This document shows, piece by piece, positions 12,369-25,536 of a stretch of DNA of 64,000 nucleotides. Position numbers and translations under genes: made by a program. Numbering within the stretch: position 1 is the first letter of the stretch; every line of letters starts with the position of its first letter. The notes below the pieces were generated by a model. The model had not been told where the DNA came from, did no database searches, and saw nothing but the letters and a program-made list of their open reading frames with translations. This DNA is from Bugula neritina. Lineage: Eukaryota > Animalia > Bryozoa. The stretch spans positions 8,980,722 to 9,044,721 of the forward strand of contig OZ037766.1 of assembly GCA_964035545.1 (NCBI GenBank), read 5' to 3'.

Positions 12369-15300
12369 GCTTAGCTTGGCTGTGCAATTTACATATAAAG
12401 AAGGCTGCAAGAAGACTGTTTAAAAGTGAATGAATGTGGTGCTATGTATGCAAAACCCGCATGTAAAAACTCAGATCGGCACCACTTACATTACCTCTAA
12501 CAGCTCAACTGCAAACTACAATAATCATCTATAGTCAACTGATATCTTGATATAATTATACTGTACCATGCAGTCCTCCAATGAATGCATTTCTCTCTAT
12601 ATATGATCCTGTCATTTCACATCAATAAATATCCAATAGGACACAGGTCTTCTATTGCGTTAACATATCATATATGCATATGAGCATATATAATCTTATC
12701 ACATATATTACTGCTTATAGCAATTTACTGTATATACATTTTTAGAAACTGCAAACTTTTACACATCATTCCCCTCACTACTTACACTTATTGGTTAAAT
12801 ATGGTGAAAACACATTAAGTCCAAAAATTCAATCTTTATTATTGCTTTTTTAGCCACCATAGTTTATAAAAACTGGCTACAAAAAACTAGCATTAGCCAT
12901 CAGAACCTAAATTAGTAGTTGCAATGCAGTTAGTCGGTACAGATTGCTGGGCCTGTGGTGTTCACTGCTTCAATTTAATATAGCATTATTTTAGCAGCTA
13001 CTTTCATTACGTCATGATATATATGTAACTGTGCACCAGTGTTAATGTGGTCACTGACCTTCGTTAGAAAATGATACCCTGTAAAATTCAAGCTCCAAGT
13101 ATGGGACAACTAAAGTAGTCTCCCCTTTTATAAATTCTCCTGATAGGCATAACTACTCATAAAAAGAAGCAAAAGCTCTTCTACCAAGAAAGCAGTAAGA
13201 CTCATTATATGATGCCAACTTTCAAAATATTCTATTGTATGGAATGATAATAGCCCAACTTGAAAATATATGATGACCTGCTGACATATATATGTAACAA
13301 AGCAAATTTAAAAACTACAAAATTATGCCAGATGAACAGTTAAATACAACTAGCTATACAAATAGTAAATGACAGTTAACATATTTTTAGCATATAATTA
13401 ATTGTATAGAGAGCAAAGCTAACATACATTGAATGGGTTATAAAATAGGTTAATGTTGAAAATTCAGCTTCACAATTGCAATCTGTTTTTTGTTTTATTA
13501 TAGTACTTAGCATCACCTGAAAAAAAGTACATATATTTAAAACAAAAAATACTGTTGACAAGGTTTTGTGATGCAATAGCACCACAGCTATTCAAGGTGC
13601 ACTAGCCAGGAATGGTTGACAGTAGCAAACTATATATGTTTAGTTTTAGCAAGAGTTTTATTTTAACTCATCAATATATGTAGATGTGCCATCTCCACCT
13701 TTCACATTCAAAACCAGCCTCTCTCTTCACAGCATAAAGTGAATGCAGCAGTTGAATTCATAACAACACACACTGAAACTCAACTCTCTTATCATCTGCA
13801 GCAGTGGTTGATGAAGAAGTGTGTTTGGATTCAGAAAGCTGGTGAGAGAGTTACTATGTTGGAGATGTAATGGTTGGGAATAGTGAAGTTTATGTGAGAA
13901 CAACAGCAGTTTCAACACATGTGTAAAGTGTAAATAGGCATGATTGAAGGGTTAGTATAATAACTAATGGTTTAAATCGGAAAATAAAGTTTTTACAGAC
14001 AATTCACACCCTTTCTTTTGTAGCAGGTGCAATGGTTCAAAACAGATATTTTCTGCATTACTTCATAATTCCAGACAGGAACTTTATTTTTGAAATAGAT
14101 CCGTATTAAGATATTTTCAGGGACACATAAGCCTACTATCTAGCCTACTTCAGGCCTTAACTTTAGACAAAAGTTGTAACATTGGCGTTGCACAGAAGGA
14201 TAAGATTAGTGTCATCAGTAACGAATATAAGCTGTAGGTACATCTGGGAGAACATATATCTAAACCAGGAATAGTGTAGGTGGGGCCAAGTGTAGACTCA
14301 TGGCGTATTCCACAGATGACAAGATTTTGTTGATGATGGTGAATCGTTGACAATTGCACAGATATTTTTGGATTAATTTAACACTATATTTTGAGAAGTT
14401 GAACATTTTTTATTTTGTTACAAAATTTGGTGGCTGATTGCATCATAAGCAAGTTACAAAAACTATTAAAAAAAATGCCAACTACAGAATTACCATTGCT
14501 CATAGCATTTTAAATCGTAATATCTGTCATTTCAATTGAGACAAGCTTTGTGCTTCTATTTAGTCTGAAACATACTGTTTGATACTTAAATAGGTAACTG
14601 ATGCTTTCTAAATAAGTTTATTATTTTTGAAATCTTTCTTACTGCCTCACCTAAAGCAGGTAGTATAGAAATTGAACAGCAGTTACTTAAATCAGTAGAT
14701 TTTTGTGTAAAGAAATAACTTTAGTTTTTTAATTCATTTAGTGCCAGCATGAATAGTTAAATTCTTAACGAAAGTTACAAGCTTTGAAAGATGAAATGCG
14801 GTTATCTTTACAAGCTTGGCAGAAACTAAATGTCTTTGGTAGAGTTTAAATTAGCTTTCAGGGATTGCATATGCTTTCAGATAAATATCAGTGAAACAAT
14901 AGTTGCCGTAGATGAATTTCTTTGACAAAACTGTTTCTATGAAAGTGAAGTATTGATTAAAACTATTAACTATGTCTTTGTCTTCAGTTATTGCAACATT
15001 GTTAGATGTTAAACTTATAGAAGTGTTGAAGCTGCAGTAAACATATTTTTACCCAGAATATTCATTAATAACTTTCCAACAATTATTTATACAATCTGAA
15101 AGATTGCTAATGAAAGATCTAAAATATAAAGTTCTATAATTTCTAAGGTTTTTTGTAGCAGCTTGTTTTAGAATTTTACTATTAATTTTAAGTTTCAAGT
15201 TTACTGGAGCATTTAAAAATTGTCAATAAGCATAATATCTTTTGTTTATTAGTTTAATAGTCAACACTAACCCAGGGTCCTTTATCCATTACAATATGCC

Positions 15301-17667
15301 TGCAAGAGTGACTTTTTAAAAATAATATACTAATGACGTGTGTTTATTGTACATATTTATAAATATGTTTAAACAAGCTTTCACACATAAAGTTCATATC
15401 CTTATAGCATATACTTGGGTTAACAATTTGATTATTCATTAAAACAAGTTCATTATTGATCACCTTTGTCACGAAACATTATCTGACGTTACAATTTGAA
15501 AAAAAATGTATTCTTAAAATGTTCCAGACATGTTTACAAGAACCAAAACAAGTGGTATCGTCTCACACGCAGGTATAAGTGTAGTTTGTATAATAAAAGG
15601 CACATAATACTCTCAACCGTATATTTTGTAATATAATGTGTTTATAATCATATTAATCACTGTCTGTTTGGAATAACATTCTAAGACTTTCTGTAGATAT
15701 GCAACATGGCAATCAACGTTTGCAAGACATTGACATCTCTTAACTGGAAAAAATTTTAGCACATGTTGAAGTGCTGAAAAATTGATGGCATGCATTTAGA
15801 AAGCTGCCAAGATAAATACGTTTAGGCGTGAGTATTGATGGTGACTTGTTGTCGTGCTAGTTACATTAACACCACTAGAGTGACCAATTTAGAATTGTGA
15901 ATGATAGAAATCTCTGTTGACAAGACTTGATAAGTGCTCCATATGCCCTAATGCTCCTTCAACTCGCCACTTGAGTATTCTAGTTTACATTTTGTTTATT
16001 CATTAAAGCAAGTCCGTTATTGATTGCCCTGGTCTCAGAGCATAACGATCAGCTCACCGTTATATACATGAGAAGAGTTTATATAACATCAGCTAGTGTG
16101 TTATTCAGCGTGCATCAAAGCAGTGTTCATCCATCACATACACATGTAACTACCGAGCAGAGCACTTAAATTAAATAAAGTATTGCTTTACAGTAATTGT
16201 TGCAAAGATACAACTTCCTATTTCATTTCCTTTGAACTAGCTTCAAAGGTTGAGCGATATCAGTCATATTCTATAGTGATTTGCATAGCTTACTGGTAGA
16301 AAGCAGACAACCATTGTTTGAAACAAAATACAATCTAAGAATTTTGGTTTTATTCAGTGTCTACTGTTGATGGTTAGCATTTTTTGAATGATCTATCTTT
16401 CTATTAAAGTATATTTATTTTACAGTTGAGAATGAATAGAAATAATCATATCTTTTATTCGACTAAAGTATAGGTTATGATTGGTGGGGCAAAATCTTCA
16501 GCATTCCACCTTACAAGTAGGCGATTAAAGCATATTGACTATTGTTGAGCTTGGACTTTAACCCTAATATATTATAAAATACATACCCCACATATTATAT
16601 TATATATTCTCTGCAATAGTAAATATTTCAATTTACCAATCTTTATATGAAGAAGTACACTTCTTATAGCTCAATAGCTTATGATGGAATATCAATTATG
16701 TTTTTTCTTTTTAAAGTTAATAATTATATATAACAGTATACTTTTATCTTTACAAAAGTATGAATGTCTAATAAATGTGCCATCAAGTAGTTTTATGTTT
16801 TACATATGCTGTTATATAGCTTGATTTATTTCATTGGTGCACATATTTGTAAATTATACATCTACATGCTCAGGGTCTGTTTGTAGAAAAGTTAATACAC
16901 ATAACATCCAGCGCATAGGATCAATTAGTGCACCAACGTATTGCCTCATTGGCTGTGCATATAACACATCAAATGAGTCTTTAATTTGAATATTAGATAG
17001 CAAAAACCAAATGTAATATCTCTACAATTTTTAAAGCAGTTACACAATAAATTGTGAGTTCGTTTTAAACAAAAGAAAGTGTATTATTTGATGAAGTTTA
17101 ATTTCTAAAAGCCCCAAACCTACATACTACTATATGTAATTTTAATCAAATATTGTTTATATAAAAATATAGATCATAGATGGTGCTTATTTTTTAAAAT
17201 AAAAATAATTATCCTTGTGGTTTATATATCCTTGTACTCTTAGTTGTAAACAGATAAACTATTGTGTCGAATATTTGTTTTGGTCAAGATGAAGTTGTAT
17301 GCTCTTGCACTGTTATGAAGTGATGACAAATCACATTTAAATAGGAGGTGATTGAAATATAATTATGCAATTTTAGTGCAAAACAGCCATTAGTTTATTT
17401 GAGGTTTACTAAACAAATAAAGGAAAACAAATCTTATTAAAATTTTCTTTAATTCTCACTTGAGTTTATGTTTGTAGGCTTATGAGTTCGAGTTTGTAGG
17501 AGTTATTTGCTCTCTCATAAAGAAATATTTGTTTTATATAGGTTTGTTTCACTACCATAATATATGCAACTGAGCTATATAATTTGAAGTTTCGATAGCA
17601 CTGAGCCAAAGATAAAACGATTAGAATTGTGAAGAACCAAAAAATTGCACTTCGATCTAAGACTTAC

Positions 17668-17840
17668 CTGTTCTATTTTTACTCATTTCAATAATTGCAA
17701 CAATTGCAACTGCAATAAATGCAGTATCAATAGCTACCTCATTGCCATTACCAATTATTGCAACTATACGCTAACTATAGTGATAATCAAGCTGCACCAC
17801 CCAGCCTCGATCAGCAATGATTGACGTGTCTGACTCAAAT
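17668..17840 (-). promoter_or_regulatory. Candidate upstream first exon and promoter of VGLUT
   Basis: Consensus donor CAG|GTAAGT at 17668/17667. ATG at 17686 gives MSKNRT and splices in frame to the CACAG acceptor at 12379 (A-K-L-S-M-N-I...). TGACGT (17822) and TGACTCA (17831) lie just upstream. Confidence 0.45.
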
Positions 17841-19327
17841 TCAATGTAATATGACAGGTAAAATTAAATTTCTAATAATTTAACTCAAATTAACATTATG
17901 TTTTAAAATGTTCAAATGAATCATTCAGTAATAGGTACTTGATATTAATTCATGTAGAAAATATTTTTGGCATGTTTATTTGAGAGATCACATCAATTTA
18001 AACACTGAGATTCTATATAATTTGTTAATTTATCCAAGCAAATGTTAGTTCAGCTGTCTTTATTTTGCATTATTGTTATATTTCAATGTTTGTCGCAAAT
18101 AATATAGCAAAACTAATTTTATATCCTGTGATACCACAAAAATTTCTGAAAAGAGCAAAATTGCACTGGTAAGTGTAAAACCCTATAAAATAGGCTTTTC
18201 AGAAAATTTTATGTGTGGCAAATGTAATTGCTAATTGGCCATAGTATGTTGATAATTTAAAACATTAAGCAGACATAGAAGTTTTTGCAATTGAAAAAGG
18301 CTTGTAATTTTATTCAAGTATCGAGGTTGTTGAACACAAGAAACAGCAAGAATTAATAATTAAAGGATTGCATTAAGAAACAAAGAGTCTGCACCTCTAA
18401 ATCAGGGATTACAAATTACAATTATCTAAAATACATTGGGAGGGAAACTCTTAAACAGTCACTCGTTGATTTGATCAAATTAAACTGGTGCAAGTTATAA
18501 ACAGGCTAAATCAAAACTAAAAACAAGCTATATAACATAAATCTTTTACTGATTTGATTTTCTTTATTAAACTATGCTTCAGGCATAGACTAGCCAACAA
18601 AAAATGCTAATTCAAATAACAAGTACATTCCTATTATACTGTCGCTAATGTTCAGTCTGAAATTTTATATTTAGGAAACAAAAATGCAAACCCAGTTTTT
18701 AAGGCACATAGGTAATTCAGCCCATCATGTCACTCTCTAGGCACAAAGCAGTTTAAAACAAGAAGTTGGTGGATGATTTGCAGGTATTCTTATAGTTATT
18801 TGTCTGAAAGTTGGTGCAATTTATCTATAAATGTTGTATTTATTGAAAGACACAACTCATCAAACAAATAAATTATGTTACAACAAAAACAATTTTCAGA
18901 ATCTAAGAAAATAGACTACATTTATTGCAGCCAAACAAGAGTTCACTAGTAAATCTGCAATAGATAAACTATTAAGTGAATAAAATAATTTAAACTCTGT
19001 GTAAACATTATATATATAATTGCAGTCACAGCACTATAACAACAATATAGCAAGTCAGGTAAATTATTCTACATCAAAGTATTATGTTGAATTACTACTT
19101 ATAAAATAATAAAATATGTTAGCAGCCTAATGTAGGTATGGATAAAGTATAAATACAATCACAAAACTGAAGTATACCACAAAGTCAAATCATTCATAGA
19201 GAAAAAAGAAGTTAATGGTAATACACCTCGGATTTCTACACAACCAAATAGAATTCCAAACAAAGTTGTGAGTATAATAAGCCACATGCACAAATATAGC
19301 AACACAAGTATTTTATTGCTATATTTA

Positions 19328-20638
19328 TCATATTTGTTTTTCAGGCTGCTCTGTAATTAAAGTCTCTTTTTCTTTGCTGACTTGATTTGAATTTAGTGCT
19401 TGCGATTCTACGAATTCACTTTCATTTAAATGGTGACTTTCTGAATGTAAAACTACCTGCTCTGTCTGACAGCTAGCTAGAGTGAGACGTCTGGAATACC
19501 TGTTCCCTCTGTTCTGCCTGTAGTGATGTCCAGTACTGAAAGGCTTCATCAAGAGTGCAACAAATAAAGTGCGATATTGTTGGCTCATAGCACTGTATAA
19601 GATGAAATTTATGAAAAACGTCACCAGTGTAAGCATGTCGACTAAATCACCGAGCAAATCGTAAACATTCAGTTGATGCGTTACACTTGTCCATACAATT
19701 AGAATGCCATGTGACAGCTCAACAGCAAAGAACAAAACAACAACAGCTAGTAGCATTCTGGTGGTCTGCTTGTAGTCACTAGTTTTGCTTTGTATAGCAG
19801 AATTGGACTTTTTTGAGCTGTTGGATTTAGAAGTGCTTTGTCTACGATTGCTACCATGCAAACGGCGATGCCTTTTTTCTGCTTCTTTTAACACTTTAAT
19901 AAGAAATGCCGTAAATATGGCCAGTAAAATACAAGGTATAAATTTACCAATGGTAGTAAAGAACCAATGATTGAAAACAGGTGACCATGTAACGCGATAA
20001 GCGTATTCACTTCGGACAATTCCATAATAGTCTACACTTGGATTGCTATAGAAGAAGCAAACTCTCTGTGGATCAGCAGGGATGGAGCGGGCGTCTCCAA
20101 CTGTATGCATTAAGAAGTTGGGCACGGAGCATAGAAAGGAGCCTAGTATGGTCATAATACCTGCTGCTACCGATTTGCGCTGTGTGCACCATTTCACAGC
20201 AGGAATAGGATACTGGACAAGCAGAAACCGAAAAAATGCTGTTGTAATAATCAACCATATTGCAGATAAATATAATGTCAATGAAATATTAATGTAGAAA
20301 AGAAGGTAACAGGCTGCTGATAGACTTGGTGTGGTTTGTGTGGGAGATCCGGCAGGAAGCATCAAGTTGAACATAACTATATACGGCAGATATATGAGAA
20401 AGAACAGTATCTCTATCACACTTAGAAAAGTGAGAAGTATGTTAACTGCACTTCTCATCTTTTTGTCTAGCAATACAATCACATTTATGATATTGAAAAT
20501 AATTCCAAATATAGAAATTAGAAGAGTTATTATTCCATGAGGAGTTTGGAAATTGCTTGAAAAAGTTTTCAGCCCATCAAACTGAAGTGATTGACAGTCA
20601 TTGTAAGGGAATGAAAGGTTGGAGTTGTAGTTCGCCAT
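19328..20638 (-). CDS. Rhodopsin-class peptide GPCR, myosuppressin receptor / DMSR-1 family, divergent, 436 aa, intronless CDS
   Basis: Seven hydrophobic segments. Family motifs HGIITLLISIFGIIFNIINVIVL..KKMRS..N, WL...AFFRF, KFIPCILL, TTRMLLAVVVLFF..E, LGDLVDML..INFILY.AMS.QYR. First ATG is at 20638, behind a TTTTTCTAG acceptor near 20663; the ORF-track start at 20653 is GTG. Confidence 0.9.
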   Translation of the reverse strand: MANYNSNLSFPYNDCQSLQFDGLKTFSSNFQTPHGIITLLISIFGIIFNIINVIVLLDKKMRSAVNILLTFLSVIEILFFLIYLPYIVMFNLMLPAGSPTQTTPSLSAACYLLFYINISLTLYLSAIWLIITTAFFRFLLVQYPIPAVKWCTQRKSVAAGIMTILGSFLCSVPNFLMHTVGDARSIPADPQRVCFFYSNPSVDYYGIVRSEYAYRVTWSPVFNHWFFTTIGKFIPCILLAIFTAFLIKVLKEAEKRHRRLHGSNRRQSTSKSNSSKKSNSAIQSKTSDYKQTTRMLLAVVVLFFAVELSHGILIVWTSVTHQLNVYDLLGDLVDMLTLVTFFINFILYSAMSQQYRTLFVALLMKPFSTGHHYRQNRGNRYSRRLTLASCQTEQVVLHSESHHLNESEFVESQALNSNQVSKEKETLITEQPEKQI

Positions 20639-23600
20639 ATTTCTGCGTTTCACTAGACTCTATCTAGAAAAAACAAAACATGAATACATATTACAGTCTA
20701 TTGATTTTTTTATAATATAATTTTCTCTATAACTGCATGTCTTGAATTTGTTTCCAATGATTGCATGTTTTGTATAACGAGTTGAATAGGCTGCTATTTT
20801 TCAGCTTTAAACTAGATTAGAGCTGATGTTATTATAATAATAGATTGCATTATCATGATACAAAATTGAATCAGCAACTTTTCTAGCTTTTAAAGAACAT
20901 TACTCCCATAAAATAGATAACTTTATTACAAAACATTATAATGTTGTTTGTTGAGAGAGCTGAAGCGTGTGGTGAAGCATGTAGAATGTAGATTATGAAA
21001 CTTACTGTTATACTCTGAGACTTTCTTATGATGGAAAGTAAAGTAAAATAAATTGATTAATTATGACATTCAAGACACTAACTTATTGATGAGTGCACAA
21101 ATGACATAATTAGTTGTATGTTTAAATAGTTCAAGTATAAATTATCTCAGTGTTCATATTTCATTATTATTTTGCCACAAACTAAATCATTTTCAACTAA
21201 AGGAGCAGTCGCTGCAAAGAGAATAGAGATGATCATTTGTATCACAATGGGCTAGTGGCTTGAATCTCACAAGAGTGAAATTAGAAAGACAATTCGCAGC
21301 GACAGCAGCACTATTCGAAAGTTAGGCTGCCTGTAAGACTTAGTTGGAATACTTGTGGTCTTAAAAAGTTTTACACCAGGTTCTAGCACAATTTGTAGCT
21401 ATAAATAAATGTGATTTTTGAAAATACCATCAATTGGAAAACGCAATCATAGCTTGTTTCATTGTCAAGTGACAAATACTTTTAGTTTTAGATTAAACCT
21501 TACTGATAATAGAGCAGAGGTAATTTCTATTTTTAATATTGATGGTATATGCTGTCCTTTAATTGTATACTGTTTGCAAAAATGTGCATACTTTACTAAA
21601 TTACAATTTTCCTTTAGAAGAGTTATATATATACTTACTTTATATCATCAGCATTAGTTGTGTTGTTCATAAGTCTGATAGTACAATTTTCTAATGGCTT
21701 AAAAGTTGTCCTCTCTCATTAAAAAAACTATAAAAGTTCTTTTAGATTTTTGTTTACCAATTTATTACTTCATACTATTTTGCAAGTCAATAGGGTATTC
21801 TTTACATTCTTTCAATTTTATGTCGTATTTCATTATTGCTATAAAATGAAAAATACTAAAACCTTAAGGAAAATAGATGTAGTCTAAATCTCTGTAATTT
21901 TCTTACTTTTCCTTACTTGCCAGTTTTTGTAAGTATTTGTAATGAATTTTAATTAGTTGAAGCTGTAATTGTATTTATAAATCATTGTACCTGTATCATA
22001 AAAATCTAATGCACATTTTTATGCAGTTGCTAGTTGGAGTTCAGATTTAAAACTGTGCTTTTAGGTTCTAGTCTAAAAATAAAGGTTGCATAATTGCATA
22101 TACATAGTATACCTATCATTGATTTTACTCTTGGTAAATTGGTAGGTTACATGATGCTGCTAGCAATAATCTGGCATTGTGGGTCAGGATACCATGGATC
22201 GAAATAAGAAAATACAGTCAATGAATCTTTGCTTTATAAATTATAATAAACTTCATTTGCTGGCTAGATACACTTTTAAAGTTACCCTGGCAAAGCATCC
22301 AAAAAAATTGCTCTATAATTCATAAACTTTATAAGCTGTTTTCATCATAATTAACTTTATTTTCTTCTTTTCCAGATGCGATTCTTTTTATCAGATTTTG
22401 TACAGCAAAGATCTATCTCATTCTTACTTATACATTTACTCTAGCAGAATTATAACTAATTATATACAGAAGGTGAAATATTAAATGCTATGAATTATCA
22501 GCTAAGTTAGTAATAAATAGGAAATTTACATTGTTTCAACAGCTAAAACTTACATTTCGATGTTGTAAATTTTTTAAATTTGTTATAATTCTGTCCTTAG
22601 TACAGTTGCATAATATTACATAAAATTTATAAAGTATGATGTTAAAATCGAAACATTTACTGCCACTATCACTTTTGTAACATGGTGCAGCTGTATAAAT
22701 ATTCTTGCTAAATTATTACTGCATAATGTAACCCAAGCAGGTAGTACTAGTTTATGTGTTATTTAATTCCCTGTGTATGTTGATAAATTGATTGTTATGT
22801 ACGCATAACTTACTAAAATGTAAGACCCAGCAGGCAATATTGATTCCCACTTGATATGTTCACTTCAAAATACCTTCTACCACTCTATTTGCATAAATTC
22901 TCGCAGGAAAAACAGGTGAAAAAAACAGATTACTGGGTTCTAAGTATTCTGCCATTTAGTCCATTTGACATTAGAAGAGAGTTTGGGTTTTACAGAATCC
23001 CACTAGTGTAAACATATGTGTGCACCAAACAAATAAATTCCTCAATGCTGGTAGCATGAGACCTTCAATGCAATTTCGTTTTGTTATATAAATATTTGTC
23101 ACTTTCACTAACAGAATTACAAAGTTGTAAAAACTAATGCATTGAACTCTAGATACAGAAATATAATGATTGAAGCATTGTTTAGTTGAAATCTGTGGGT
23201 CTAAACTTTAAATGCTCTGGAAAGCAGTTTTTAATACTGCAGATTGACAATAGGCAAATATAAATAAGGCTGTTTAACTTCGCCAACCAAAAAAGCAAAC
23301 CAGGCAAATTAATGATAACATTATACACGTGGGTAAGCTAAGTACATCATCTCAAATTAGTGCATTAAGCCTCTGAAAAACATTTGCAATGCATCTCTTA
23401 ACTCTCTCATTATAAAGCTTATGACATTTTGGAACTAAATTATTTGAAAATGATAAACAATTAGCATACAGTACATTATATGCAGAATATGCCCTTTTTT
23501 TTACCAAAACTAAGCTGCATGTATATGCATGTTGTTTAAAAGTATGTGTCCTGTTGAAAGGCATTATATGCATTGCCCTTGATGCAATTGAATATTACTC

Positions 23601-24287
23601 ATAGAATACTACAGACTAGTTATGTTAATAGGCCTAAGTTTTTACTGTAAGTACGGCAATTACAGATGCATCATTAAATTAGACTGTATCTACATGACCA
23701 GATAAACAATAGCATTCTCTGCTTATAGATTTAATATAATATACACAAAATGAATGTAAATAATAAATAGGCATAATTTTTCATAAACTCTTTAGTGTAA
23801 ATTAATTTGAAATCTGTTTAATGTATAGAGAGTACCTTGACACATAAACATTAATCTGACGAACTTATGTTAGACATAATTCAAACTGATAGCGAATATA
23901 TACCCAAATTTTTAAGAAAATTATTATTAGTTTACTAAAAATAATATCAAATACAGTACATGCCCATGAAGTCTAAAAAGAAACTATATGGAATGTATGT
24001 GTATTATAGTGTACAGTGTATTCTAGAATAAATTGTGAGTGCACATTGCAGCACAATACAAGTACATACTGTTAAGACCTACAATGTTTCCTATATAGTT
24101 GATTATAAGTTTATATAATAGCTATGGGCAGATGTGATCATTTTTACTTTTTTCAAAGTTTTTGTAACTTTGTTGGGTTTTTAAAGTATACTATATTATA
24201 AATGGTAAAATAATCCTCAGAGCCCTTTTAGCTATAAGAAAGTATAAAATATCAATTCAAATAAAAAAAGTGCAGAAAAATACTTAC

Positions 24288-24420
24288 GTAGTAAAACTAT
24301 AGATGAGAAAGGCCTGCACCGCTTGATGTTACTCTTGGTCATATAAAGCAGAAAAGCAGTACTGTGAAGGTGATAGCACGAGCTAGAAAGCATACATCTC
24401 TTGTACATTGGCTGAAATTA
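24288..24420 (-). other. Probable non-coding 5' UTR exon of the GPCR
   Basis: Consensus donor TAC|GTAAGTA near 24288, pairing with the acceptor near 20663. A reverse-orientation CCAAT (CCAATCA) lies near 24535. The 5' limit is approximate. Confidence 0.35.
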
Positions 24421-25536
24421 TGAAGTGCTGAGTTTAACACAAATCTAATAATCTATACGATGCAGTCAGTCAATAACGGTGCCTTGGTTGTGTAAATCAA
24501 GGTTGAGTGAAACACTTTTGCAACCGATTTTGACCAATCAAAACAGAGAGAATTGAAAATTCGGTCAGTTTGCTATTTTTCAGTAGCATTTCCTTTTTTA
24601 CTTGTGAACAACCTTTATGTAGGTCATCACAATGCAAACCTTATTCTTATTTGCGTTACTCTTCTAACTTATACACTTGACATTGTTGTAAACCCTTTTT
24701 AGGATTTTTTATGAGCATTCAAAATTCTCCTCAATGATACGTTGTAGCCCTTTCAAAGTTGGCAAATTTTTCTCTAATTATTAATATTTCTATGCAGCTG
24801 CAAAACTGCAAATATTTTTCCAAAAATTATGTATCAAAATATTAGTGGATTAGAAAGTGCCAAAACTGCTTTCACAAAATGGCAAAAGTTCGTGTAGGGA
24901 TATTTTATAAACATGTGCAGAATGTTGGACAAATAAATATAAGAAAGTTAAACTATATAGCACAGCTAACGATTACAAGAATCCTAATTTTAAACAATTG
25001 TGGTTTATACAATTTATTATCAACAAGAAGACATAACAGTAGAATGTGGCCTAGACATAAGAAAAACAGCACAAAATGTTATTTGGATGACTGTACGAAG
25101 AGTTTGCAAAAAATAAATATATAATAAATCTTGATTAAAATAATGTTATTAGGGAGAAGATATATACAAATATCTACTAACCACTAGCATCCCTTCGGTA
25201 CATGCAATATAAAACACAGAAAATTGCCGAATGAGAAAACCAAACTCTTCCACGAAATTGTTCATTAATTTGAATTTTCAACATAAATGTGAAACACGTA
25301 GTTTCTAACATACTCCATACTATATGCGTTGACAGTTTACTTGGTATAAAAGCTGTAATACATATTTGACCTAGCCACTAAATTATTTAGAGATGTGTAA
25401 ATGTAGATTAATAAGAAGAAATGCATATCATTAAAGTTGCCATTAACTTCTATCAAAAATCTGTTGGGTCTTATGCACAAGCAACTGGCTGCAGAAAATG
25501 GAAGCTTGAATTGGATTGTTTCTGATATTTTCTATC

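Noticed and set aside
17690-17770. Minus-strand VAIIGNGNEVAIDTA, resembling an FAD/NADP reductase motif
   Set aside because: Short low-complexity GCA/ATT region with no supporting exons; better explained as 5' UTR.
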